Shown: one piece after another, positions 27,072 through 36,413 of the stretch
Layout of the letters: each line of letters starts with the position of its first letter
Position numbering within the stretch: the stretch's first letter is position 1
Virus record (IMG/VR): IMGVR_UViG_3300042698_000041
Location: 1 to 54,653 of that record
DNA length: 54,653 bases
Source: a virus
Direction: 5' to 3' (one strand)
Notes under the pieces: generated by a model
Databases searched by the model: none
Seen by the model: the letters and a program-made list of their open reading frames with translations, nothing else
What the model was told of the DNA's origin: nothing
Position numbers and translations under genes: made by a program

Positions 27072-28636
27072 TACTCTCCTCCGCCCATGTCACTGCCTCT
27101 ACCTTGACTGACTAGGTTATTGTACCTACGGAGTAATCTACTGCGAGTCGCGGCAGCAACATAGCTTTGCTGCTCCTTGAGCCTGTTGAGCAGGGTGCGC
27201 TCAGATTCGGTCAAAGCCTCAGAGTCCAATCCGATGATCGTTCCATCCTCTGCGACGACACCAGCCGCACACAGCGCATCGGGTTCCCCGGAGGCGTTCA
27301 AGGAGACGATCGGGAACCCGGGAGTATTGACCGCCAAAGCCGCCACCAGCTCCAAGTTGCCGTTGATCCGCCTCCAGTCCCCGGACAGAGGAGACCTTCG
27401 CAGCATCGCCGCATCGTTATCATCAGCCTCGGGAACCAGCGCCCCCGCCACCCAGATACCCCACCTGTCCTCACCCGAGGCCACGATGGCAACTTGCTTA
27501 CCAGTGTTGTCATAGTGGTCGGATGCGGGAACCCAACCGAGACGAGTGTCAGCATGACCAGTCCCAGCCGTAATCTTCCCTACGCGCACAGTGCTTCCGT
27601 CTGCGGTTATCACGGATCCGTTACGGAAGTACCGATACCCCGTTGCAGTCTTTGGGGCCATCACGCACTGGTTGCCGATGCCCGCATGACATGTTCCCCA
27701 GGCTGCGAGATGACCCATGACACGCCCGTCAGCGGTCACAGCGATGGGTGTTGGGCCATCCAGACGTGGGTCCTCAAACCAGCTCAAGGGTGGCTTGACT
27801 GGAGCCAATGCGGACGCGGTAACGACATCACCTGCATCATGCTGGAGTTGTGTGATGCTGTCATTTCCGTCGAGGATGTTCTTGATCACCTTCACGGTAC
27901 TTTCAACTGCATCCATGTCGTCGTCCGGGATGTCCACGACTCCACGTGCGGAGGCGAGTATCTGTGCCATAGCAGTTACTGCACGGGGTACCAGGACAAG
28001 GCCACCGTTCGCTACCGTAGCAATTGGTAGCCGATAAGAGTTCTTCTGCTCCGGCGCACCTCGGTCCCACCACAGAAAGCCCTTGCGGTACTCACGGATG
28101 TCACCGTCGGCATGCTCCCACAAAGCTTTCTGGGCCTTCTGGACACTCCAGTCAACCTCGTCATCGACGGCCACAGGCATGGTGTCCCAGCCGCTGGCAT
28201 TGATATTGTCCATGGCCGCAGTCACCTGCTCCTCCTCGTTGCCCCCACGAAGCCACGGAGGCTTGACGCGGGGATCGCCATAGTCAGCTTGAAGCTGTGC
28301 GTAGATGTCGGTGATGACACCTTTGAGCTTGAGTTTCTCCTGCTCATCTACCACGCCTTCAAGCTCTCCGTGCGCTCCCGACAGGATCGCGGCAGCCGAG
28401 AACACGGCATGGGGAACCAGGGTCAGGCGTCCGTTGTACACGTCGGCGATGGGCAGCCGGTAAGAGTTCTTGTTGTTGGCCGGTCCGTTGGGATCGCGCC
28501 AAAGGAATGCCGAGGCGAACCGGTCCACCGAGCCTGAGGCCCAGTCGGCAATCCTGGCGACAGCATCCTGGAACGCATATGAGGTGTTACGGGGGGCAAT
28601 CGGCATCTTCTTCCAGGACGTGGAGTTGATCGTCAT
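27071..28636 (-). CDS. capsid maturation protease (with duplicated N-terminal domain)
   Basis: C-terminal GHLAAWGTCHAG...AGTGHAD pattern. Position between MuF and capsid. Two N-terminal repeats share FLW.D...KNSYRLPIA.V.NG.L.LVP.AV. Confidence 0.55.
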   Translation of the reverse strand: MTINSTSWKKMPIAPRNTSYAFQDAVARIADWASGSVDRFASAFLWRDPNGPANNKNSYRLPIADVYNGRLTLVPHAVFSAAAILSGAHGELEGVVDEQEKLKLKGVITDIYAQLQADYGDPRVKPPWLRGGNEEEQVTAAMDNINASGWDTMPVAVDDEVDWSVQKAQKALWEHADGDIREYRKGFLWWDRGAPEQKNSYRLPIATVANGGLVLVPRAVTAMAQILASARGVVDIPDDDMDAVESTVKVIKNILDGNDSITQLQHDAGDVVTASALAPVKPPLSWFEDPRLDGPTPIAVTADGRVMGHLAAWGTCHAGIGNQCVMAPKTATGYRYFRNGSVITADGSTVRVGKITAGTGHADTRLGWVPASDHYDNTGKQVAIVASGEDRWGIWVAGALVPEADDNDAAMLRRSPLSGDWRRINGNLELVAALAVNTPGFPIVSLNASGEPDALCAAGVVAEDGTIIGLDSEALTESERTLLNRLKEQQSYVAAATRSRLLRRYNNLVSQGRGSDMGGGE

Positions 28637-29451
28637 GGAGTCCTCCGGAACACAGGCTTGCAGCGGCAGTTGATAACGTTCGATGGCTTCCCGGCTGGAT
28701 CCCCGGGCATCATCAACGCCTCCATGCTAACTATGAAAGGTTGGTTGACGGGGACAGTTTGACCATCGGCGCGAGCATGGCCAGGACGGGTGGCACTATC
28801 CTCCTTGGCATCCCAGCGTTTGAACAGCGGGGAAATGCGATCCTGTTGGATCCGAAGGGCCGCAGCGTAGGCCCCGAAGTTCCAGGCACGATGAACCTCA
28901 GTAACCGCCACCGTCTTGGCACGGGCAGGCCAGTTCTCAGAGCCGGTAACGTCGAGGACATGACGGACCGACCTGATCTGATCTTCTACTGTCCCACCTG
29001 CGGCAACCGTGCGCCCGAGCACATCCAGAATCTGGCGATACACCTCATCGGGGGTACGCACCATCAAATTCCTGGCGCGCTGGAGGACATCGGCGAGAAT
29101 GGGGTCATCGGGATTCCACGGCAACTTGACGTCAAGCTGTTTAGCAGCGTGGATCCAACCGACACGTGCCAGTGCTCGCAGCCGGTCCATAAGCTCATCG
29201 ACCTGCCGCTCCCACAGGGGAACCGTGGACCAGATGGCGCCCGGATCTGGTCCGATGCCGAATCTCTTGAAGCCTCCCAGGACGGCATCGATGGCCCGAT
29301 CAAGCCATTTGGTGTAAGCGTCCAGCATGAAGGCGGAGATGGCAGCCTCTGCGGCAGCCAGAACAACGGCCACCGCACCAACGCTGACCCCAGCTTCTGT
29401 AGTTTCTGCTGGGACACCGAGTGCGTTGGAGGGTGCTACGGGTGAGGTCAT
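28633..29451 (-). CDS. MuF-like minor capsid (head morphogenesis) protein
   Basis: C-terminal ...TRPGHARADGQ...NCRCKPVF is typical of SPP1 gp7/MuF proteins. Follows the portal. Confidence 0.8.
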   Translation of the reverse strand: MTSPVAPSNALGVPAETTEAGVSVGAVAVVLAAAEAAISAFMLDAYTKWLDRAIDAVLGGFKRFGIGPDPGAIWSTVPLWERQVDELMDRLRALARVGWIHAAKQLDVKLPWNPDDPILADVLQRARNLMVRTPDEVYRQILDVLGRTVAAGGTVEDQIRSVRHVLDVTGSENWPARAKTVAVTEVHRAWNFGAYAAALRIQQDRISPLFKRWDAKEDSATRPGHARADGQTVPVNQPFIVSMEALMMPGDPAGKPSNVINCRCKPVFRRTP

Positions 29452-31295
29452 ACGATCCCGGCTTCCCGCAGGCGTGCCGACATCAGCGACGGGTTGTGTT
29501 CGATACGGTGGATAAGCAGGCCCTTCACATAAGAATCGAGCACCGCAGCAACAAGGGAATTATCAGCTCCCAAACCATAGAGATGATGTCCACTATGGTC
29601 CCAGGCACCAGCAAGAAGCGCAGCAACCTGAGCCTCACCCACCGCGAGCCTGGTGTGAAGAGTAAGGATGTCACTATTGGGGAAGGCCTTACGCACGTTA
29701 GGGGTCAACAACTTCTTGTTGGCAAGTTCCAGCGCCCGGATGGCCATGCTGTTGGCTGCTGCATGAACGGCTGAAGGACCAACCGCGACAGAAGCTATCA
29801 GCTCAGATTCGGGTTGATTCGTGGTAGCCGTTGGCCTGGTATTCGGAGCGCCCTGGCCTGGACGCGGACCCTCAATCCCCTGCTTGGGCGTCGGAGGAGG
29901 CGGAGGTGGAGTAGTCAGCTCGGGCAAGGCTGTCTCGATCCCGGTGACCCCCACATACTCACGCACAGGCTCCACTGTGAACAGGGTCGGGTCACGCTCG
30001 ATGATCGTCTTGGTGAAGCGGACACCCGACTCTTCCTCGCTGGGGGCATCCACCTCACGGAAGTTGAATGTTCTACGAACTGCCTCACCTGAGAGCAGGC
30101 CTTCCTTGTAAAGGTTCAAGGTGTCAACGGCCTGATTGGCACTGGAGGCCAAGGGTGCCACGTCATACCAGTAGGTGTACCGGTTTGGGTCGCGCCCCAA
30201 AGTCTTCAAGGCTGGCTGGAGATACGCTGTGGTAAGAGCATCTACGATGCGTCCCATGAGCGGCATGACGCTCTTGACGATGAACTCCTCGCCCGCGAAC
30301 CACACCCCCCAGTGGTTCATTTCCTGGCTTCCGAGCTGGATCTCGATAGGCACGTTGATGCCGATGGCCAGGTTCTGCATTTCCTGGCGCTCCATGTCCG
30401 ACAGAGCATTGGACAGGACCGACTCGAACTTGATCGGCTGGATGCCTTTCATCGCCTCCAGCTCGGCCAGTGGCATGGGCCAGATGATCGGGGCGATCTG
30501 TGCAGCGGTTCCCTTGCCCTCCAGGTTGGAGGTCATCACCTCGAACAGCTGCTGGTAAACATCATCTACAGAGGTAGATTCTTCGTCGCCCTTGGGCACG
30601 GACAGGGACTCGGGGACTGGTAGTACAACAGCGTTGGCGATTCGGCTGTTGAACTGGCTTTTCTTGTAGAGCTGGATTTCACGCATCCGAGAAAGACAGT
30701 CCAGCAGCGCCCGGACGGGGGAGTCCGCAAGCAGCGGGCGTCGGGGGTGTGGAGTGTGAACACGGACGATGATGTCCCGAGAAGGGTTAAGCGTTTCACG
30801 GACGGCATGGCCAATGGTAACGATGACCTGCTTGCCTTGTCGGCGAACTTCGGAGGGGGCAACCACCATCCACTTGTCGGTGTAGGCGGGACGGGCGGAT
30901 AGCCCGATCAGGTAGCACTCACCGGCGACTGTCAGGGATTCAGCCAGTGCCCGCAGGATCTCGGCCTTGGCCGCTGGTCCTCCGAACAGGTTGTCGGCCA
31001 GCGCGGCGATCTCCTCATCGTTGTCCACCTCATCCTGGCGTACGCCGTTGTCATCGACGTTGGCAACAAAGATCCGGACCAGGGAACACGCATTACCAAC
31101 ATAGTCAACTGCATTGTGCAATTGCGAGTTGGTGTCGTAGAACTCCCAGGCGATTTTCTGCCAACCCTCATCGGTGAAGCGGTACCCCCGCCATGCCTCA
31201 TCGGAGAGCGTCATCCGGACCGCTGAAGCAATCATGCTCAAGGGGACTGGCTTACGCTCCAAGGTCTCAGGAGTCTTGCCGAACAACGCCATCAC
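29448..31295 (-). CDS. portal protein
   Basis: 615 aa, downstream of TerL and upstream of MuF. Typical size and order. Confidence 0.85.
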   Translation of the reverse strand: MMALFGKTPETLERKPVPLSMIASAVRMTLSDEAWRGYRFTDEGWQKIAWEFYDTNSQLHNAVDYVGNACSLVRIFVANVDDNGVRQDEVDNDEEIAALADNLFGGPAAKAEILRALAESLTVAGECYLIGLSARPAYTDKWMVVAPSEVRRQGKQVIVTIGHAVRETLNPSRDIIVRVHTPHPRRPLLADSPVRALLDCLSRMREIQLYKKSQFNSRIANAVVLPVPESLSVPKGDEESTSVDDVYQQLFEVMTSNLEGKGTAAQIAPIIWPMPLAELEAMKGIQPIKFESVLSNALSDMERQEMQNLAIGINVPIEIQLGSQEMNHWGVWFAGEEFIVKSVMPLMGRIVDALTTAYLQPALKTLGRDPNRYTYWYDVAPLASSANQAVDTLNLYKEGLLSGEAVRRTFNFREVDAPSEEESGVRFTKTIIERDPTLFTVEPVREYVGVTGIETALPELTTPPPPPPTPKQGIEGPRPGQGAPNTRPTATTNQPESELIASVAVGPSAVHAAANSMAIRALELANKKLLTPNVRKAFPNSDILTLHTRLAVGEAQVAALLAGAWDHSGHHLYGLGADNSLVAAVLDSYVKGLLIHRIEHNPSLMSARLREAGIV

Positions 31296-31627
31296 TGCCC
31301 CTTGCTGGTCCTGGTGGTCTCAAAATCAACAAGCCATCCGGCTGGATAGGCAACGGCGGGGACCGCCAGGATGAAGGCACCAACAGCAACCGCTGGCTTC
31401 ACCCCCATCCATGCCCAGGCTCCGGCAAGCGCCACAGCACAGGTGAACATCGACCACCAGACGCTGGCGCACCATGGACACCAGATGACCTTGGAGATGA
31501 AAGAGTTCGGGCCAAAAGTGGAATCAATCCAGACACGCAGAGGGATCGTGATGTCGTCGAAGTATGTCAACCTAGTCAGCCTGGCCGTAGCCAGCACCAG
31601 GACAACAAAAGCAACGAGGTAGATCAC
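31292..31627 (-). CDS. DUF1360-like membrane protein
   Basis: ARLTRLTYFDDIT.PLR ... CPWCASVWW pattern with TM helices. Confidence 0.55.
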   Translation of the reverse strand: MIYLVAFVVLVLATARLTRLTYFDDITIPLRVWIDSTFGPNSFISKVIWCPWCASVWWSMFTCAVALAGAWAWMGVKPAVAVGAFILAVPAVAYPAGWLVDFETTRTSKGQ

Positions 31628-31669
31628 GTAGATAAAGTTACCATCTGTAAGGCGCGCATGTTATCACCA

Positions 31670-31683
31670 GTTTCACGTGAAAC
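31670..31683. promoter_or_regulatory. parS-like palindrome copy 1 (GTTTCACGTGAAAC)
   Basis: Perfect 14-bp palindrome read directly. Flanked by a...g. Confidence 0.75.
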
Positions 31684-31722
31684 GTAGGGCGCAAGATGGT
31701 TCGGCATTATGCCGATGACGAT

Positions 31723-31736
31723 GTTTCACGTGAAAC
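31723..31736. promoter_or_regulatory. parS-like palindrome copy 2 (GTTTCACGTGAAAC)
   Basis: Perfect 14-bp palindrome. Flanked by t...c. Confidence 0.75.
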
Positions 31737-31745
31737 CAAGTTCTA

Positions 31746-31761
31746 TGTTTCACGTGAAACA
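31746..31761. promoter_or_regulatory. parS-like palindrome copy 3 (TGTTTCACGTGAAACA, full 16-mer)
   Basis: Perfect 16-bp palindrome matching the bacterial parS consensus TGTTNCACGTGAAACA. Abuts the TerL stop codon. Confidence 0.8.
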
Positions 31762-33267
31762 TCACCCCCAGTGGTTCAACTCCCCGATGATCGGCATCTT
31801 GTCGGTGGGCACATATCCCAGCGATGGTGCCGAAAAGTTCAGCGGCGAAATGACCCGAGACCTACGCCGCTCGCCTTCCATCAGGTGCCGAACGGCATGG
31901 ACAAGGGCATCAAGCCGGTCCGGCGAAGCCTTTGATGAGAGCGGATCGAAGGTCAGCATCTGGGTTTCCAGCTTGTCGAAAACGCCCAGGTGATGCACCC
32001 TGCCTTGCGAATACCTCATCGCCACCGGCTCGGCACGAAGCTTCTTTCCCTGGTTGGAGAACACCGGCACCAGCGGCGGATTGATGACTTCGGACGGGAA
32101 CACTCCGGCGCGCTGAAGCTCCCGGAAGGCATCGGTGAAAACTTGATGCATCCAGGCTTTGCCGAGGTTGGATTCGTATACGAGAGTGTCGCAGTGGTAG
32201 CGCTCGAAGACTCTCCAGGCATGCATAGCGGCATCCCGCCCTGCCAGTTTCGTCGTCTCATCGGCAATGACATAGGCATGGTCCTTGTAATCCCGGCTGA
32301 CCACGACGACACCCATTTCGTCGCCATCCTCATCGCCGGTCAGGCCCGGATCAACACCTACGGTCCGGTGGGCTACCCGATCGGGTCCGATCTCCAATCT
32401 GTTGGCATGGATGACTGAGTAGCTGAACAGAGCCCCTGTGACATCGTCCAGGAGTTCTCCATACAACTCCTGACGGCCAAGTGCCGTGCCCTCGTAAGTC
32501 TGCCGAAGCTCCTCAACGGCATCCTCAGACAGATTGATCATGTTGTCGAAGGTGCTTCCCCGGACAATGCAGACCTTCCATTTGTCCGGGTCGGACACCC
32601 AGTTCTTGAGCAACATAATTGGCTTAGGCGTCGTAGTAACCAATGCCCTGGGCTTGTCCCCGGGAATGTCGGCACGAAGAGCCGGACGGATGCCCTCGCG
32701 CCAGGTGTCCTCGGGTGCCGCCCATTTGATCGGCTCATCCAGCCACACATCGGCCAGGTTCTTGGACCGGGCGGCATCGATCGTGGCGCCGGTGAGGTGA
32801 ATGACCGCACCGGTTTCCAGCAGCCGGACATAGGGCTTGGGGCTCTTGGTGAAGGTGTATTTGTTCTCTACGCTATCGATCTTGCGGTTGCTGATGACCT
32901 CCTCGAACCCCATCCGTTGCAACACCCGGATCACCCCGGAGGGTCCTTCGGCACAAGAGGCCACAGCATCGGAGATGTTGTAAGCCATGATGAGACGCTC
33001 GGTGGGGAACCCGGAGGAGTCGTAGGGATACTCAAGGGTCCGGGAGACAATCCACTCGGCACCGGAACGGGTCTTGCCGAAACCACGTCCGGCCAGCATC
33101 AGGCAAATGGACCAGTCTCCTTTGGGAGGCATTTGCTCCGGGCGTGCCACCCAGAACCATTCCTCCCGTGCGATCATCTCCAAGACTTGGGGATCAAGCG
33201 AGTCAAGGAACTCGTGACGAAGATGCTTCGGCATCTGCATCACGCGCTGCTTGAGACTGAGCCCCAT
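31762..33267 (-). CDS. terL: terminase large subunit
   Basis: Walker A GRGFGKTRSG, VWLDEP Walker B-like motif, 501 aa. First gene of the late operon. Confidence 0.9.
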   Translation of the reverse strand: MGLSLKQRVMQMPKHLRHEFLDSLDPQVLEMIAREEWFWVARPEQMPPKGDWSICLMLAGRGFGKTRSGAEWIVSRTLEYPYDSSGFPTERLIMAYNISDAVASCAEGPSGVIRVLQRMGFEEVISNRKIDSVENKYTFTKSPKPYVRLLETGAVIHLTGATIDAARSKNLADVWLDEPIKWAAPEDTWREGIRPALRADIPGDKPRALVTTTPKPIMLLKNWVSDPDKWKVCIVRGSTFDNMINLSEDAVEELRQTYEGTALGRQELYGELLDDVTGALFSYSVIHANRLEIGPDRVAHRTVGVDPGLTGDEDGDEMGVVVVSRDYKDHAYVIADETTKLAGRDAAMHAWRVFERYHCDTLVYESNLGKAWMHQVFTDAFRELQRAGVFPSEVINPPLVPVFSNQGKKLRAEPVAMRYSQGRVHHLGVFDKLETQMLTFDPLSSKASPDRLDALVHAVRHLMEGERRRSRVISPLNFSAPSLGYVPTDKMPIIGELNHWG

Positions 33268-33316
33268 ATGATCAATGTATCATCATGGTCTACTGTGCTG
33301 ACGTAGTAAGAGAGGG

Positions 33317-33532
33317 ATGATCATGAACGACTTCAAATACCTGCACATCGTCGAGACCTTGCAGAACCGCATTGCTACCGGCGAGTACCCAGATGGGAAA
33401 CTACCCAGCACCAGACAACTGCGGGAAGAGTTCGACGCCAGCTACGGCTCGGTGCGCTCGGCCATTCTGATCCTGAAGGCCACGGGCGTGGTGGAGGGAA
33501 GGCAGGGGCAAGGGGTCTACGTGGTTGAGTGA
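33317..33532 (+). CDS. GntR-type winged-helix DNA-binding protein (DNA-binding domain only)
   Basis: LPSTRQLREEFDASYGSVRSAILILKATGVVEGRQGQGVYV is the classic GntR N-terminal domain pattern. Divergent from terL. Confidence 0.7.
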   Translation: MIMNDFKYLHIVETLQNRIATGEYPDGKLPSTRQLREEFDASYGSVRSAILILKATGVVEGRQGQGVYVVE

Positions 33533-33559
33533 TCTTTACCCCTGTGGTACATTGCCCAC

Positions 33560-33805
33560 ATGGATAAGGAAGCCAAGATCGCCCAGCTCCTGCGGGAGCT
33601 ACAGGGCGCAGCCGAAGATGATGACCTGCTGGAAGTGGATGCCCGCAACCGCCTGAGCCTGGGCAGCCACGCCACTCACAAACGTTATCTGATAACGGAT
33701 CTCGGGGATGGAATGATCCTGCTCACCCCGGTCATCGTGTTGCCCGCCAACAGCGCCATCGCCAAGCAGATCCAATCCGCACGAGCTTTCCATTCCAAGT
33801 CATGA
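33560..33805 (+). CDS. hypothetical protein (possible AbrB/SpoVT-like fold)
   Basis: RNRLSLG...YLITDLGDGMILLTPV loosely resembles the swapped-hairpin pattern. Confidence 0.3.
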   Translation: MDKEAKIAQLLRELQGAAEDDDLLEVDARNRLSLGSHATHKRYLITDLGDGMILLTPVIVLPANSAIAKQIQSARAFHSKS

Positions 33806-34020
33806 CCACCCGCAGATTCTGCGACATCTTCTGGGGCTCACACGGATGTGATCTGGCTCCTGGACACCTCGGGGACTGTGTGTGCCTGCTGATCGTCAGC
33901 TCCCACTCCACCGATGAGCCCTGGGTCTGGATCGACAATGGGGACTGGTGCAACTTCTGGGATGGCAAGCAACTCGCCTTCTTGCACCACGTGTGCTCCT
34001 ACCGGCATGACTGGGTATAA
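33802..34020 (+). CDS. hypothetical Cys/Trp-rich protein
   Basis: ATGA overlap with the previous stop. 72 aa. Confidence 0.4.
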   Translation: MTTRRFCDIFWGSHGCDLAPGHLGDCVCLLIVSSHSTDEPWVWIDNGDWCNFWDGKQLAFLHHVCSYRHDWV

Positions 34021-34058
34021 CTGCTCAGCGTAAAAAGCAAGGAGTAGCCTGGCTGCCC

Positions 34059-34388
34059 ATGGATACCTCAAAATTCCCTACCGTCGTATGTCTGTGTGGG
34101 TCCACGCGCTTCCTTGAGCAGTTCCGCGAAGCCGAGAAGCAGGAGACACTGGCAGGAAGGATCGTCCTGTCGATCGGCGTTGCCGTGCGCGACAGTGATC
34201 CCTTTTGGGCAGACAAAGACCAGGTTCAAGTAAAGGAAGAGTTGGACTGGCTGCATAAGCGCAAGATCGATATGAGCAACGAGATCCTGGTGATAAATGT
34301 AGATGGCTACTATGGGGACTCCACGCGCTCGGAGATCGAATACGCCCAGAAGACGGGCAAGCCGATCAGGTGGTGGGAACAGCGATGA
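34059..34388 (+). CDS. nucleoside 2-deoxyribosyltransferase-like protein
   Basis: VVCLCGSTRF...E ... small Rossmann-like pattern common in phage proteins of this family. Confidence 0.4.
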   Translation: MDTSKFPTVVCLCGSTRFLEQFREAEKQETLAGRIVLSIGVAVRDSDPFWADKDQVQVKEELDWLHKRKIDMSNEILVINVDGYYGDSTRSEIEYAQKTGKPIRWWEQR

Positions 34389-34627
34389 CCTTCATGTATC
34401 GCATCACCCTGGACTGTGCACACTTCTTCCTCCACGGACCTGCGAAGAACATCGCGAACTTCTACATCGGGGAGGCTGCCGTCTGTCTGATCTGTCCCCC
34501 TCTGAGGAACATCATCAAGGAGGCATCCGAAGACGGGGGCGACTGGGTTTATCCCACACGCACGATCGTCAACGTCGAGGAGATCGACAGCAATAAGGTG
34601 TTGCCGTTCATGGAACCAAAGTCATAA
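34385..34627 (+). CDS. hypothetical protein
   Basis: Met6 of ORF 34370..34627, giving an ATGA overlap with the previous stop. Confidence 0.4.
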   Translation: MTFMYRITLDCAHFFLHGPAKNIANFYIGEAAVCLICPPLRNIIKEASEDGGDWVYPTRTIVNVEEIDSNKVLPFMEPKS

Positions 34628-34668
34628 CATGGAATTTCCAGTCCGGTGTTTTCTCGGAGAGGAGAGAG

Positions 34669-36261
34669 ATGACTAGGTTTAACAAGCGTCCATCGGGGCT
34701 TATCGTCGCGAACCAGCCAATCGTGTCGACCGCAAATCCCACGGCACGCACTGGCAACAGCGCCCCTGGGTTCACCCGCGATGCCGAAGGTGAGCTTTTC
34801 CTTCTGGCCGTGAGCAACTTCGTGGGCCAGGACATGCACTATGAGAAGGGTGTCGCTCGTGACGCCAGGTTCAAGAGCCTGGTCGCACAGGTGGCGGTGT
34901 CCAATCCCGAGTGGATGAATCGCTTCCTGCCTTGGCTTCGCAACGAGGCCAACATGCGGACCGCCTCCCTGGTGGCCGCTGTTGAGACCGTCCGGGCACA
35001 GCTCAAGGCACCAGGCGGTCCTATCACAGGATTCGGTCGAGCCCTGATCAACTCGGTGCTGACTCGTGCCGATGAGCCAGGTGAGATGCTCGGTTACTGG
35101 AAGGCGACGTATCCAGGCGAGCAAATCCCCAAGCCGATCAAGCGTGGCATCGCCGATGCTGTGGCACGCCTGTACACGGAGCGCAACACGCTCAAGTACG
35201 ACACGGCATCGCACGGATTCAGGTTCGGTGACGTGCTGGAACTAACCCACGCGGCACCGGACAAGGGATACCAACGGGCGCTGTTCAAGCACCTCATCGA
35301 CCGGCGCCATGGACGTGGCGGCACGTCCGAGTCGTATGTCGGACTGCCCATGATCATCGAGAACATGCGGGTCCGTTCGCAAGTCGATACCTTCGGCAAC
35401 CACGAGATCCTGCTGCGTTCCGACGTGCTCAAGGCCGCTGGGATGACCTGGGAGGATGCTCTGTCCCTGGCCGGAAACAAGCTGCCCAAGAACCAGCTGT
35501 GGGAAGCCCTGATCCCGAACATGGGGTACATGGCGCTGCTTCGCAACCTGCGCAACTTCGATGAGGCGGGGGTGTCGGACAAGACTGCCACCTGGGCCGG
35601 GGTGGAACTGGCAAGCCCGGAGAAGGTTGCCCACTCCCGGCAGCTGCCGATGCGGTTCCTGTCGGCCTTCCGCTCGGTGTCCAATGTTCGGTGGCACGTG
35701 GCACTGGAGCACGCACTTCAGGCGTCGTTGAACAACATCCCGGAGTTCAAGGGTCGCACGTTGATCCTGATCGACACCTCGGGGTCAATGTCAAGTCAGT
35801 TCGGCAAGGACACGCAGTTGTGTCTGTGGGACGCGGCTGCGATCTTCGGTTGTGCCTTGGCCCAGCGATGCGAAAGTGCCAATGTGGTCAGCTTCTCCAA
35901 CTTGACCAAGCCCTTCCCGCTTCCCCGGGGAGAGTCTTTGATCCTGTCGGTGGACCGTTTCCGCAAGGGATACTTTCTCAACGGCGGCACCGACACTGAA
36001 GGTGCCGTGCGGACCCACTTCCACGGTCACGATCGGGTCGTCATCCTTACCGATGAGCAGGCCAATCACCACAGTGCACTACATGTGGCGTCCAGTGTTC
36101 CTATCCACATCCCGGTGATCACGTTCAACCTTGCCGGGTATCGGGTGGGTCACGCGCCTTCTGGCACCCCGACCAGGATCACCATTGGTGGCCTGTCGGA
36201 TCAGGCGTTCAAGCTGCTCCCTGTGCTTGAGAGCCGCGCCAAGGGTCAGTGGCCGTTCTGA
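34669..36261 (+). CDS. rsr: Ro60/Rsr ortholog (TROVE domain + vWA domain)
   Basis: 530 aa. N-terminal FTRDAEGELFLLAVSNFVGQDMHYEKG and HEAT-like repeats. C-terminal vWA with MIDAS LILIDTSGSMS. Confidence 0.8.
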   Translation: MTRFNKRPSGLIVANQPIVSTANPTARTGNSAPGFTRDAEGELFLLAVSNFVGQDMHYEKGVARDARFKSLVAQVAVSNPEWMNRFLPWLRNEANMRTASLVAAVETVRAQLKAPGGPITGFGRALINSVLTRADEPGEMLGYWKATYPGEQIPKPIKRGIADAVARLYTERNTLKYDTASHGFRFGDVLELTHAAPDKGYQRALFKHLIDRRHGRGGTSESYVGLPMIIENMRVRSQVDTFGNHEILLRSDVLKAAGMTWEDALSLAGNKLPKNQLWEALIPNMGYMALLRNLRNFDEAGVSDKTATWAGVELASPEKVAHSRQLPMRFLSAFRSVSNVRWHVALEHALQASLNNIPEFKGRTLILIDTSGSMSSQFGKDTQLCLWDAAAIFGCALAQRCESANVVSFSNLTKPFPLPRGESLILSVDRFRKGYFLNGGTDTEGAVRTHFHGHDRVVILTDEQANHHSALHVASSVPIHIPVITFNLAGYRVGHAPSGTPTRITIGGLSDQAFKLLPVLESRAKGQWPF

Positions 36262-36413
36262 TGAGCCTGCGCGACATCTCTTTTTTCTTCTTCGGGGGCA
36301 TGTTCTTCGCCGGGATGGTGGGGCTGTCCCCTGAGGGGGAGAACTACTGGATGATCGGCTTGGGCCTTCTAGGATGTGCCCTATCGTTCATCTTCATCCG
36401 AAAAGATTCGTAG
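36261..36413 (+). CDS. small membrane protein
   Basis: Hand-translated 50-aa ORF (MSLRDISFFFFGGMFFAGMVG...). Start overlaps the rsr stop (TGATG). Confidence 0.45.
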   Translation: MSLRDISFFFFGGMFFAGMVGLSPEGENYWMIGLGLLGCALSFIFIRKDS

